Source: Tubiluchus corallicola (Eukaryota; Animalia; Priapulida). From it: a stretch of 42,629 bases of DNA. Shown here piece after piece: positions 27,301 through 41,568 of this stretch. The stretch covers positions 27,763 to 70,391 of the forward strand of contig JAQGDQ010001013.1 of the NCBI GenBank assembly GCA_030141605.1. The letters are read 5' to 3'. Each line of letters begins with the position of its first letter. Position 1 is the first letter of the stretch. The translations under genes and the position numbers were made by a program. A model generated the notes under the pieces. That model did not search any database and was not told the origin of the DNA. It saw nothing but the letters and a program-made list of their open reading frames with translations.

Positions 27301-30300
27301 TATCCACATTTGAGATACCAATGTCACATTTGACTTGACATGTGTCTACATTTGACTTACCAAAAACACTTAAGATTTGTTGAAAACCATTGTTAACACA
27401 TTTGAACTACCTAAGTCTACATTTGAGTTACCAAGACACATTTGAATTACCTAAATCTACATTTGACATTACGCAGGTTTACATTTGACATGTAAAACCT
27501 ATATTATACGTTTTGCTGATAAAGTTAAATCCAGTATCATCAATAAACATCCGACAACCTACAAAATACTGACCAACTCGCAGCATCATGACTGCTTAAA
27601 TAAATGTAAAAGCTACGATACGTACCCAACAATTCTATCGTTACATTTTGGACGGGCATATTTCTATGAAAAATTGGTTTATCCATGTGACGTAAGGAAT
27701 TGTGCTTTATTCTTAGCCGGTCCAACTTTGGAGTGTTTGAAAAATCTAGTGTCAGGGTTTTCAGGTAAGGATTATTGGCAATTTCAAGAAATTGCAAATC
27801 CGGCTGATTGCTAAAAGCTCTTGGGTGAATATGCCTAAGTTCTTCATTGCCCTGAATAACAAGACGATATTCCAACCGGGCCTTTACTGCATTTTCTTTG
27901 ATACTTGTGACATGAGTTGCATCAATGAATAGCTCCTTGAAGACTTTTCCTTCTAGAAATTTCTCAGGTAAGTTCACATCCAGGTAGTATAGAACCCTGA
28001 AGATGGAGATGTCGCCTTGCAGTAGGGAACTTCGGTTGGCCAGTTCTTCTCTGGTGGCTCTTGAGCAGGTTGTCTCACAGAAGCCCATGTATGCCAAGCT
28101 CTCCTCGTACGTGCACCCTGAAACCTGTAGGTCGTCTGGGATAGTGAAACAAGGAAAACTCCAGAGCAGGCATGGAGGGATAACAGTGGTTAGGAAACAC
28201 AAAGTGAATTGGCTACTATCACACTTCATGCTCAATAAATGTTAGGTCGTTGTCACTGTCAACAAGGTAACTAAGAAACGCAAGGCTTGTCATCTGCAAA
28301 AAGTGCAGCCCTCTTCTATAGGTTTTACACGTCAAATGTAGACACAGGAAAGTTCAAATGTGACTTAGGTAAGTCAAATGTAGACATAGGAAAGTTCAAA
28401 TGTGACTTAGGTAAGTCAAATGTAGACAAGGGGGGAAAGTTCAAATGTGGCTTAGGTAAGTCAAATGTAGACATAGGAAAGTTCAAATGTGACTTAGGTA
28501 AGTCAAATGTAGACAAGGGGGGAAAGTTCAAATGTGGCTTAGGTAAGTCAAATGTAGACATAGAATTCTACATTTTATTTGTCAACGTTCTACAAAAAAT
28601 GTCGGCAGAAAAGAATAAATCGGTTCCCACTTCCCAATGAACAGTGAATCACTAATTAGTTTTTTAAGTAATACATTAGCACTGCATTAGTGAATTAGTT
28701 TATCTCAAGAAACATTGCTTATTTTAAGAATGTATTGTTTTCTGTAACATTTCCAATGGTATGTAAAGTTTGCAGAATATTAGTGAACTATTAGTAGGCC
28801 TATAACGTTGTTATTTTAACTTATGAGCAATTATTAAATTGAAATTAAAGAATATTAAATTTAACATCCTTAAACTTTACCACCTATCCACATTTGAAAT
28901 ACCAATGTCACATTTGACTTGACATGTGTCTACATTTGACTTACCAAAAACGCTTAAGATTTCTTGAAAACCATTGTTAACACATTTGAACTAGCTAAGT
29001 CTACATTTGAGTTACCAAGACACATTTGAACTACCTAAATCTACATTTGAGTTTACGTCGGTCTACATTTGACATGTAAAACGTATACAAGCGCGAATAA
29101 AGCAAAATGGTTGCACATTTTAAATGCATGTATGAAGTCTAACTCTGGCAAGGTAGTAGAGTCTAAATGAGATCGCTTTTCTCTCCTTTCGTTTGTTCGA
29201 ATGGTTTATAAATTTCCCTACTGTGTAATAGACTCTCTTGATTCTTAGACTGCCAATACATAGTAACCAGAACGTCTTTAACTCTGAAAGTTTTAATTTG
29301 CTAATAAAGACCAATTTGTGCAGATAAACATACCGAAATTTCGACTTCAATACCTTTAGAAGTAAGTGTCCATTTACATGCTGGCTTTTTGCAATCGGCA
29401 GGTACGCTGTGTAAAACGTGTAAATTTAAACTCTGGCAATGACCGTTAGACGCAGCCATTTTGACGACAGGTCATTTGAAACAAGTTTAGATAACATTGT
29501 GTGAAGTTTAAAAAATAATCAGAGCTTTCGTAATGCACACGTCACTAACTGAGTAAAATTTTAAAATACTGTAACTTGTCAATAAGATTAAAAATCCATT
29601 TTTGGTTAGTGAGTAGTGCAACCTGGAGGGTGAGTCAGCGACATTTTTTCCAATTGGTGCAAACATTTTAAATTATTATATCTAGTTACATAAGTCTTTG
29701 GAGCAGGTAAGCGGAAAAATAAGTACTATAGATTTGCATGAAACGTTTTTTGGGACATAATTTTACATTGCCTTTTCTTCCTCTGATTTACGTTGCGTAG
29801 TGACGTCATGTAATGCCGTCGTCGGAACTGTATTGCGGGAGATTTAAAATGAAAACAAACAAAAATTCCTTTCAGTGCGAGTAAGACATACGCATAAAAT
29901 TGCTGCAAAGTAATATAATTTTTAAGGCGATTTTTCTGAAACCTACTTCAGGTACCCCCTTGTCTTCTCCTTTAAGTCATAAACGATAATTATGTTTATT
30001 GGAACGTTGAAATAGACACACTGTCGCGAATTGTTGCAAGTATGAAATAGTAGTGATTTCAAACACTAGTCTAAGCCGCATTCATAGGTAGTTTTGACCT
30101 TGTATAAGTAACATTTCATACTTGTTCCAGGGTTCGACCCGGTAGATAGCCTTACGGCCCGCCATCGGTGATGCGGGTAAGCGCTGGACAACGGACACTC
30201 CAGAAATTTAAAAAAAAGAAACAACAAAACCAAAACTTTGAATGCAAAAGGGACGGCTGAGAAGAACAACACAACAAGAAAAAAAAACAAAACCTGATGA

Positions 30301-30358
30301 CAATGCTTCAAACCTTACGGAATCCACGACACTCGACAGGCAGACAGGAGAAGTGCAT
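24248..30358 (-). CDS. LRR-B: LRR + LRRCT + N-glycosylated mucin-repeat protein, predicted 676 aa, no TM helix
   Basis: Model exons: 30358-30319 and 30256-30156 (together MHFSCLPVECRGFPVPFAFKVLVLLFLFFKFLECPLSSAYPHHRWRA, signal-like), 28124-27626 (499-bp LRR exon with the same length and phases as in LRR-A) and 25638-24248 (GNDLICDCDLLW...VDC, then Thr-rich repeats). All junctions are GT-AG and in frame. The two small 5' exons are less certain; an in-frame ATG at 28229 is an alternative start. Confidence 0.78.
24828..25395 (-). repeat. Coding tandem repeat, 7 x 78-81 bp (26-27 aa)
   Basis: Unit TTIFWTN(K/Q)TI(I)P(A/V)NITTLKVDxSSTND within the LRR-B terminal exon. Confidence 0.92.
25995..26510. 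repeat. ~92-bp purine-rich minisatellite, ~5 copies, in the spacer intron
   Basis: TTAGTAGACATGATGGAATGGAAAAAATAGTAAGATTAGGGAGAGGAAGAAGGAAGGGAGGGGAGGATGAG recurs at ~26021, 26113, 26205 and 26299. Confidence 0.88.
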
Positions 30359-30551
30359 TCCACGACTACCAGAAGTCAACTGACGATATCACGTGTTCGT
30401 TCTTTCCACAGGAAACCACTGCTCAACCAATCGCAGGTAATGTTATGGGCTTCCTAGTTTAAAGTGGAGGTCATAACATTACCTGTAGGCTGGTTGGCCT
30501 GGTGCCTATGAATAGAACTGTACAATGCACTTTCACCTGTTCAGCTCAGTA

Positions 30552-30721
30552 CAGTGGCCGCCGCTTATTGTGGACACCTCGGGCCAGCAGTGTATGTCCA
30601 TATTAAGCGGCGGTTGTCCATATTAACCGGCGGATTTTATTAGGGGAAAATTCCGTCCCTCGCGTGTCCACAATAACCGGCTGTCCACAATAACCGTGTC
30701 CATAATAAGCGGCGGCCACTG
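30552..30721. mobile_element. Tc1/mariner-superfamily MITE, 170 bp, right arm only
   Basis: 26-bp TIR CAGTGGCCGCCGCTTATT(G/A)TGGACAC and duplicated TA; the empty site is present in the left arm at ~20828. Confidence 0.92.
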
Positions 30722-31947
30722 TATAATGAATATCGAATGTTGTAAAAGCCTTCTGACAAACAAACTCATTGGTAATGTGTAGATACTGTGGCGTGGAGAA
30801 CATTGAAATTACCACCGCTTAGACGGCTTAATTATAAATTATTATCTTGATTAGTTGGTATGATGATTGCTCTGTTTAATATTGTTTATCTGTTTTCACT
30901 CTTGTTTTATGTATGTAAATATGTAAATATATGTATGTTAGCATTAGAATAAATCGTTACTCTTTTCGGCAGGTTTTAAACACAAGTGAGTACAGTGGTC
31001 TGCACATAAATACGTATGTCTTTTTATTTAATGATGAGATGATTGTACTGTTTAATATTGTATGTCTGTTTTCACTCTTGTTTTATGTATATAAGTATGT
31101 AAATATATGTATGTTAGCAATAGAATTAATTGTTTCTCTTTTTGGCAGTTATTAAACACAAGCGAGTACAGTGGTCTACACATAAATACGTATGTCTTTT
31201 TATTCAATGATGAGATGATTACACTGTTTAATATTGTTTGTCTGTTTTCACTGTTGTTTTATATGTATATAAGTATGTAAATATATGTATGTTAGCATTA
31301 GAATTAATTGTTTCTCTTTTTGGCAGGTTTTAAACACAAGCAAGTACAGTGGTCTACACATAAATACGTATGTCTTTTTATTCAAGTTTTTTCGGTTTTG
31401 TTTACTAAAGTAATTTAGAAATGGATGTGGCGGAGATGAGGATGTTGAGATGGATGATGGGAGTAACAAGAAGGGATAAAATCAGGAATAGTAATATTAG
31501 AGGAACAGTGAAAGTAGTGGAAGCCTCGAAAACGAAACAAGAGGCAAGATTGCGATGGTATGGGCACCAGAAAAGGAGAGTCGGGGAAGATCACGTGGGA
31601 AGGGAGGCCATGGAAATGGAAGTGCTGGGAAATAGAAAAAGAGGACGACCCAAGCTGAGATGGTTTGAATGCATAAACGGAGACCTTAGAGAGAAGAACA
31701 TAAATGAAGAGATGGTCAACAACAGGAATGCATGGAGAAAACTTATTCACAACGGCGACCCCGCATAGGGAAAAGTTGAGAAGAAGAAGAAGAAGTTACT
31801 AAAGTAATTTAGGAACGGCGGATATTCCGCGCTTCTACTTCTTTAAAGTATCACATTTTTCTTCAAATTCCCACCCTTCTTGAAAAGAGTAGTATTCTGT
31901 TTTGCTCTCAATTTAAATGCTTTTTGAGGAATTTCCGGGTTGACCCC

Positions 31948-32418
<471 letters not shown>

Positions 32419-34615
32419 TACACCCGTCACGTCTATTGTAGACATTGGTCAGGCACAGAATTCTAAAATAAAAGAAATCTGCCTTCAGACGGGTAAACGC
32501 AGCAGTAATCCAGCAAAAAACTAGACACTGCTACGCCAGTGGCTTGTCAGCACCACTTCCGAAAAATATAATAAGAATGTGAATAATTTAAACTAGAAAG
32601 CATGGAATGATTGAGCTCATGTTCATAATGTCTGCACTAAGTCGTTGCATTGCTCGAAGTGGCATAGGACTGGTTGTACAAGATACCCTAGTAGACTAGC
32701 TAGAAAAGGGGTGGCTAAAACATGGAGAGGTAACAGGATGTTCCGGTTAACCTGCCTGTTTTTAAATAATGCAAACGTCTATGCTGTTTCACATTGTCTT
32801 TGTTTGACGGCGAGACGTGTGTTATTTCATTTGGTAAAGAAAATTAATGATGCAAAGACATTGGCACGCACTGTAAACATGTTCAGACTAGCAAGCTTTC
32901 TGTCGCGAGTTTTTTCTCTGAGAGTAAACTCGCAAGTGTGAACGCGGTTTACGAGTTACTATCGGCAAAAAATTGCGAACTCCCCCACAATTACTGCGAG
33001 TTACTGTTTACTGTGAATGCCTCGGTGAGTTACTGTCTAGTGTGAACGCCTTGGAGAGTTACTGTCTCGTGTGAACTCCTCGACGAGTTACTGCCTAGTG
33101 TGAACTCCTTGATGAGTTACTGTCTAGTGTGAACTCCTCGACGAGTTACTGTCTAGTGTGAACTCCTCGACGAGTTACTGTCTAGTGTGAATACCTCGAC
33201 GAGTTCCTGTTTACTGTGAAAGCCTCGGCGAGTTACTGTCTAGTGTGAACGCCTCGGCGAGTTACTTTCGGTACTTCTGGCAGTGAAAAGGGCAGCATCA
33301 GCTCGGGCTTACTCTCGAAGAGTAACTCACAGCAGGCTTGGCTTTCTAGTCTAGACATGCTTGCGAGTTACTTAGCGAGTTCACTTGGCGAAAATCTCGC
33401 TAGTCTAAACGTGCCCTTATTAATACAGTGTCTATTATGTCTATGGTTGGACTTTACATAGAACTTTCTAGAAGTCAGATCATTCAAACCATTTACCCAA
33501 GAATGGAATTTTTTTTCCACTAGACCAGGGGTGTGCAAATTGCGGCCCACCGAGAGAATTTGTGCGGCCCGCGAAGAGATTTGTCAACCTACTGAAAGTG
33601 CGGCCCGGGCGATTAATTGAGTGTATCCAACTGAAGTCCGTGCCACGATCCCAAATATAGTGCAGGTAGTTTTTTCTACTAGATCGGATGCCATTAACCC
33701 TTACCAGACGGTTGTAGCTTAATGTCACTGTACTACACAGACTGTGTGATACACATTACTAATATGCATTGTAATGAAATTACCACTATCTGTCCTGAAA
33801 GTAGAAATATATGGTTTGTAATATAAATTTTAATAACTTCTAAAATGGTTTCTTGAGTGTAGTAGTAATGATGTACGCAGGTCAGATGCAAAAAATCATT
33901 ATTAGGCCCTACTGTATTTGGCTCCTTGATCAAACTGCCTGTGGCCCGCAGGAATTGCGGGAAAGTTTAATGTGGCCCGGCTAGTCAGATAATTTGCACC
34001 CCCTGCATTAAACGATGCCGGGTGAGTTTCATTTTTTAAACTTGAATAAAAATAATTGAAACCAATCTGCTGTGATTAAAGCTACTTTGTAGACAGAACG
34101 TTATGATTATTACATTTCTGCAGAAATTTGCAGTTGTTATCGTAATTTTGTTGCTATTTTAGGAACAGTAAACAGCACTAGTGTTCATGGTCACTGTGAC
34201 ATTGTATTGCAAAAGTTGATGGAAAAGGAAATAATTGATCTTCGATTAGGAAATCTATCGTGGACGCCTGATTGGGTTCGTCAGAAAATCTATGAGAAAG
34301 TTTTATGAACTACTTTTCACTCGCGTTCACATAGCTTAAGCTTCACTCAAGTGTGGAAAGCCCTTTACTCCGTTTAGTATTTACTGCGCTAGTTTCTCCG
34401 CTAGTGGGTGGCTGCGTTTTCGTTCTTAAGGGCTCTTTCGCGTGGCATCCGAACTTTCATGTGACCGTAATAATTCCGCAGATTTGCAGTTTGCAAGGTG
34501 GCAAAAATCAAGTATAAATTAACTATATTAAAGATGCGCTGATCCATTAACGAGTTCGCTACCTTAACTGGATAAAACTAATGATGATATTCAACCAAAC
34601 TGATTGACGAATTAA

Positions 34616-37257
34616 CTAGGATTCGGAACTTCTGGACTGGAAAGTCTGACCCGAATCATCTGTTGTAGTCTGGTTTAGACTACTTTCAGCAGTGGTACCA
34701 CTAGCCTCAGATAAAGCTCTCTGCCTTCTCCTGCGGTACAGCATCACCACTAACAGCAAAATAGTTAAAAGAATCATTGCTCCAATCCCGGCAACGACCA
34801 TCAAAATGGCGGAAAGGTAACTCGCCGGTGTCTTTGCTGTCGATGCGACTCCCTTTTGACTGACCTCCTCCGGAGTGGTTTCTGTGTCGTTCGTATCGTT
34901 GACTGTGGTTTCTGTGAGCGTTTCTATCGTCACGTTTGGTAGTTCGCAGTCAAAGTCCACAATTTCAGCATCTAGCATGGCTGGCGTATTACAATCAACT
35001 ACACTTTCGGACCAAGCTTCGGTTTTCGTCCACAGGATGTCGCAATCGCAGATTAGTTCGTTACCTGTGAAAATTCATTATACATATATGAAGATGTTCT
35101 AAAGGTAATTGCCAAGACACTAGAATACAGGTAGAATTCAAGTAAAATACAAGTGAGCTTAATTTTTTAAAATCATTATCGCATATTAGTTCGTTACCTG
35201 TCAAAATCCATTATACATATATGAAAAAGTTTTTTTTACATGCGCACGATAATCAGGTTTTGTTAATACAAAAATATGATACAATTCATGAATTCTGCGC
35301 TAGAGACCTAAGAAGCTAGCTTATGGTAGGCCACTAGAATTAGTTACGAAAAAATTACAATATATACAGATACAATATTACAATATATACAAATATGAAT
35401 ACGGGTGCGAAGTAATAAAAATATTATTATACTATACAAGTTTTTGAAAATGAAAAACAACAAATCATGATTGAGTGATCAGTTATATGTTTCAAGTAAG
35501 TTTAATTTATATTTTTTTAAATATGGACAGCGAGTTGGCATTTTTAATAGCTGGAGCAATTGAATTCCATATGTAAGGGCCATTGTATTTAATAGAAAAT
35601 TTTCTAACGTTTGTGTTGCACTGTATGTAGTGATAGTTAAGTTTATAACGTGTGCCGTAATTATGCATCTCAGCATTCAAACAAAAATAATCAGTAAATA
35701 AGGGAGGCAATAATTTATGAGAGAATTTGTACATGAAAATGGCAGTTTGGAACTTATTAATGTCGTAAATGTTTAGAAAGTTTAGTCTTTTAAATATTGG
35801 CGGTGTATGGTCCTGATAAGGTAATTGCTAAGACACTAGAATACAGGTAGAATTCAAGTAGAATACAGGTGAGCTTTATTTACATAAATCATTAATGACA
35901 CTATACATTGCTCTCTCAGTTTAAGTCACATGCTTACTCAATGATCTCTGAAAGCCAACTGACCAGGTAAGTTTTTCCATGAAGCAAGGAAGCCAGCAAT
36001 TCAATGAAGGTAAATCTTATGCATACTTGTTCAAGGATGAAAGTTTAGACTGTACATAAAGAAATAAACTTATTTTATAGCTGAAATTTCTTGCGTTGGA
36101 TTTTTAATGTTTTAACAAGAGAACGTAATAATATGATTAATGATCATAATTAAGAACTAATAAAAAATAAGATAAAGAAATCGGGAGCTTCACGACAACA
36201 TAACTTACTAAAACAATTATTTAATTTATTCAAAAAGTCCCTAAAATGAAAAGACGGAAAAATGAATAAACACGTAGTGGGGGAAAAACGGGGGCGCAAA
36301 GGAGATTTGAACCCACATCCACTAAATTTTTATCACCTAGTACACTGGTTACTCAGCTATAACTTTTTCAAGGCAATTATTGGCTTTCCCGCACGCTCCT
36401 AGGCATACAATTTAACTCGACGTACAACTGATTAACAATGCAAGGTTCCAATGCGGAGTGATATCAATCCTAAACTCATCATCTAGATCAGGGGTGTGCA
36501 AATTATCTGACTAGCCGGGCCACATTAAACTTTCCCACAATTCCTGCTGGCCACAGGCAGTTTGATCAAGGAGCCAAGTACAGAAAGGCCTAATAACGAT
36601 TTTTTTGCATTCGACCTGCGTACATCATTACTACTGCACTCAAGTAACTATTTCAGAAGTTATTAAAATTTATATTACAAACCATATATTTTTACTTTCA
36701 GGACAGATAGTGGTAATTTCATTACAATGCATATTAGTAATGTGTATCACACAGTCTGTGTAGTACACTGACATTAAGCTACAACCGTCTTGTAAGGGTT
36801 AATAGCATCCGATCTAGTAGAAAAAACTACCCGCACTATCTTTGGGATCGTGGCACGGACTTCAGCTGGATACACTCAATTAATCGCCCGGGCCGCACTT
36901 TCATTAGGTTGACAAATCTCTTCACGGGCCGCACAAGTTCTCTCGGCGGGCCGCATGGGGCCCGCGAGCCGCAATTTGCACACCCCTGATCTAGACCATG
37001 GATTAAAACTCCATCTGGGACATTTCCGGTCAAGAATCCGTTTCACGTGCAAGTTTATAGCAACTGCCAGTGCCTCATATTTTTGTCAAAAACGAATAGT
37101 AAAGAAGTCGCATAAGTTTTCTGAGATTTGCAGATAATAAAAATAATAATAATAATAATAATATTAATAATAACAATAATAAAAATAATAATAATAATAA
37201 TAACAATAATAATAATAATAATAATAATAATACTAATACTAATACTAATACTAATAC

Positions 37258-37302
<45 letters not shown>

Positions 37303-38156
37303 CAATAATAATAATAATAATAATAATCTTTATTTAAAGTCGGCTTTTGGGTAAACAACATTAGCTCAAAGAGCTATTATCGCCAACTGTAAATAACAAC
37401 CTACAACTACATAACAGAGACTATTATTATCCTACTTTTACCCCAAATACCACGCGTCAGGCAGGGCAAAGCAGGTACCATTTTTAAAGTGTTTGGTATG
37501 ACCCGGCCGCTGGTTCGAACTCACGACCTCCCAGACGGAAAGCGGGCGCGTTACCTCTAGAGATAAGGAAAAAACAAAGCAGAGTTTTCTGAAAATTAGC
37601 GATTCTTAGCAGAATACAGGTAATTTTCCTTTGCAACAAAATAAAATTTTGACTTACCAAGCAACATTATGGTCACCTCTTCGAAAGGCATATTGCTATG
37701 AAATATAGGCCTGTCCATATGCCGTATAGGATTGTGTTTTATTACTAGTCTACTCAGCTTGGGATTGGTTGAAAAATCCAGCACCAATGTCCTTAAAACA
37801 GGATTATTAGATATCTCCAACACAGTCATATCTGGCTGATTGCCAAAAGCTCTGGGATGTATATTTGTGAGTTCCTCATTTCCCTTAATTGCAATACTAT
37901 CCGTCACCTGAGCCATAATGTCGTTTTCTGAAATGTCCGTCAGTTCTGTGGATTCTATAACCACCTGCCTCAACACTTTCCCTAATAGGAAGTTTTCAGG
38001 TAACCGCTTTTCAAGATAGAATTCGACCGTGAAGGAATTAATGTGACCTTGTAGCATGATGCTCCTCATGGTAAGTTCTTCTTCCGTGGTATTTGGACAG
38101 TTCACGTCACATTCTTCGGGATACGGGAAGCTTTGGTCGTATTTACACCGTGGTAC
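34616..38156 (-). CDS. LRR-A right-arm copy
   Basis: Exons 38156-37658 and 35064-34616 with splice sites intact. It differs from the left copy at 3 aa in these exons (V/I, S/T, R/Q). Confidence 0.85.
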
Positions 38157-41100
38157 CTGAAATGGATACAAAACACCAGTTTAACGTGTTGACCAAAAGT
38201 TTCTTTATTCTGAAAGACAATTATTAACATTTAGTTTAATTTGCATTGAGTAGAAGAAAATTAGTTGCATGATTAAATGTATTGCTATAACTAAGAACTG
38301 ATATAAAACTTATGTAAACTATATTGAAATTAATTAACAATAACTTGCGTTGTTAGAGCCTTTAATAGTTACAAAGACAGGAATGAGAACTCCAAGTTGC
38401 CTTAAGAACAACAATGTCACAACAATAAATTCACAAGAAATTTACAGTCATAATGCTCATCACAGTCAGAAAAATAGAGCAATGGCGGAGAGAACCAAAA
38501 GACGGGTAAAATGTCATACAACTACTACAGCTATTGCTCACGAAAGACCGTGTGACCATGACTTAAAAGTGTGACTATTGTAAAAGGTAAAAAGCCTACT
38601 AAATAAACAAACAGGTGGCAGCACCGTGGCAGTAATTGAGAACTAAATTAAAACCAAAAAAGGGCCTATGCCCCCGCTACAGTACCTGCTCATCGATGGG
38701 AATGGTTGTGCACGTGGATTCCCAAAATTGCAGAGAACTAGGTGTAAAAATGGCGGCTAAAACACACAGAGTAAATAAGATCTTCCAGTCTTTCTGTGTG
38801 TTTAAAATTATGGCCCAGGAACATGGCGTCCCATGCCATACTTGTCTTTGTTTGGCAGTGAAAGGCTTATTAAACGTCGCCATTATCATTCGAATAGCAC
38901 TGCCACACAGCGGCTGGAACTGTAAACAATTAATACAACCGTATGCACTATAAACCATTAAAACAACCGTATGCACCATAAACATTTAATACAACCGTAT
39001 GCACCATAAACAATTAATACAACCGTATGCACCATAAACATTTAATACAACCGTATGCACTATAAACCACTAATACAACCGTCTGCACCATAAACCATTA
39101 ATACAACCGTCTGCACTAAAAACAATGAATACAACAATATGCATTGTAAACAATTAATAAATAATCGATCAACAATGCACTGTCTATCATATTTTTTATC
39201 TATGGCTTGACATTATCTATAGCTTCTAGAATTTTATTAAACTAGCCTACTGACAATTCTCGAATTCTAATTCCATTTGTTGCAACACATTTTTATATGG
39301 GTTAATTAAGTTACTGTAAGAGAAATGAAATAATTCTAATTGATTATTAACAATGGATTCTTTTTTCACAATGAACAAAACCGTTGAATTTCAGTTTTCT
39401 AATTTGAATTCAAAGTGTTTGAAACTGATGTTATAACTTTCTTATAATTTATTAACTATGCCTACCTAACTAACATAATTGTTAATATGCTTGATTTAAT
39501 CTTTGTAAATGAAGAAAAGGATTCATGAAATGATACCGAGCTTCATTTTGGATTTAATCACGTGGTCACTACAGCACAATGTACGTTTGTTCTGTCTGAA
39601 ACCATAACGTATCCAGTTATGTAATTCTGATGCCATCCGGGATGAGATGAATCTGTTGTTGCATTGAAATTATGAAAGTGTCCTATTTAAGGAACGATTA
39701 TGTCAGTTATGTAATTCTGATGCTATCCAGGATGAGATGCATCTGTTGTTGCATTGAAATTATGAAAGCGTCCCATTTAATGAACGATTATGTTAGTTAT
39801 GTAATTCTGATGCTATCCAGGATGAGATGCATCTGTTGTTACATTGAAATTATGAAAGTGTCCCATTTAATGAATGATTATGTGAGTTATGTAATTCTGA
39901 TGCTATCCAGGATGAGATGCATCTGTTTTTACATTGAAATTATGAAAGTCTCCCATTTAATGAACGATTACGTCAGTTATGTAATTCTGATGCTATCCAG
40001 GATGAGATGCATCTGTTGTTACATTGAAATTATGAAAGTGTCCCATTTAATGAACGATTATGTCAGTTATGTAATTCTGATGCTATCCAGAATGAGATGC
40101 ATCTGTTGTTACATTGAAATTATGAAAGTATCCCATTTAATGAACGATTACGTCAGTTATGTAATTCTGATGCTATCCAGAATGAGATGCATCTGTTGTT
40201 ACCAAAAGTCTCATTTGTCGTGTAAAGACATGAAATTTAACTTAGTCCTGTAACCCTGGATTAGAGCTTACAGATTACAGGAATCCTGCGTACTTGATGA
40301 TCACCTACTAGCATTGTCTGGCGACATTAAACTCTACGTAACTGCAGTGTACAACAATGTACGAAAATGACGTTGCACGTGCTGTGACAACGGAGACGGA
40401 GTAGAGCGTTGATAGGAAGTGATTATTTAATGCTTACGTTACCAGCATATTTATGTACAACAGTAAAACTTGGGGTTTAGCAATTACTCAAGAAAAGCAG
40501 CTTGACACATTTTCATAGAAGTCTTCTTAGGAAAGTTTTAAAAATAAGATGGCCATACATAATCAGAAACGAAGATTTATACACCAGAACAAAAGAAATT
40601 TATTGGAGTTTAAACGTGAAGATCCGAAGATTAAGATGGCTAGGACATCTTCTAAGATTACCAAATGAAGCACCAGTAAGAATTGCCTTTAAAGGAAGCC
40701 TTAAAACCTTGCAAAAAACCACCTGGTAAACCTAAAACAACTTGGATGGCTAAGATAAATAAAGATGTTCAACAACTTCAACCAAATCTATCTTTAGGAG
40801 TAGAAGAACTTACGCTGTTCGCTGCAGATAGAAGTGGGTGGAATGCTCTGATAAATGAGGATACCTCAATGCCTACAACAGGTGGAATGAGATTTTGAAG
40901 AAGGAAATGATTCCTGATCCATCAGTACCAACAGTACACTGATTTCCTGTTATAATTAGCATCCCTGATCTGCCTAGATGTTTGCTGTGCTGTATTAATT
41001 GTTTTACTACAGCCTGTGACTGACTGTTCAACTTCTAAGAGAGGCATTCACTCGGTATTATTACTGGATGCAACTAAAGCATTCGATCGTGTTGTAAGTT

Positions 41101-41170
41101 GTGTCCAAAGAAAACTCATTGACAAAAGCGTGTTACCACTTGTTGTATGGTTGTTAATGTATATTAATAT

Positions 41171-41568
41171 TGTAACGGATCCGGGTTCCAGTGCCGTATC
41201 CGTCTCCTCAGAATGTATCCCACTTCTGACACCAGTGTAACGGATCCGGGTTCCTGCGCGGATCCGTCTCATGATGTATATACCGGCATACAAGTTATGA
41301 AATACTTTACAGCAGACGAGAAAAGTAAAAAGAATACGAATGTAAAATAAACTTTAATGCACAACCAGTAGCCCCATGACATGTGAACAGACTTTGGAAT
41401 AAAAATCAGCAAACCTACAGCATTTACCCTTACATACAGAAAGGCCAGGTTGGAATCGTCAAATTACGGCATGCATTCTGTTTTATACAGGTACATTTGC
41501 ATTACTGGGCTTCTCAACCATACCCATTACTAACATTAGGGGGTTGGTCAAAATCTGCCTTCGTAACA
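41171..41568 (+). mobile_element. Solo LTR, right-arm copy
   Basis: TGTAACGG...CGTAACA with ATAT on both sides; mirror of 10039-10436. Confidence 0.8.
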
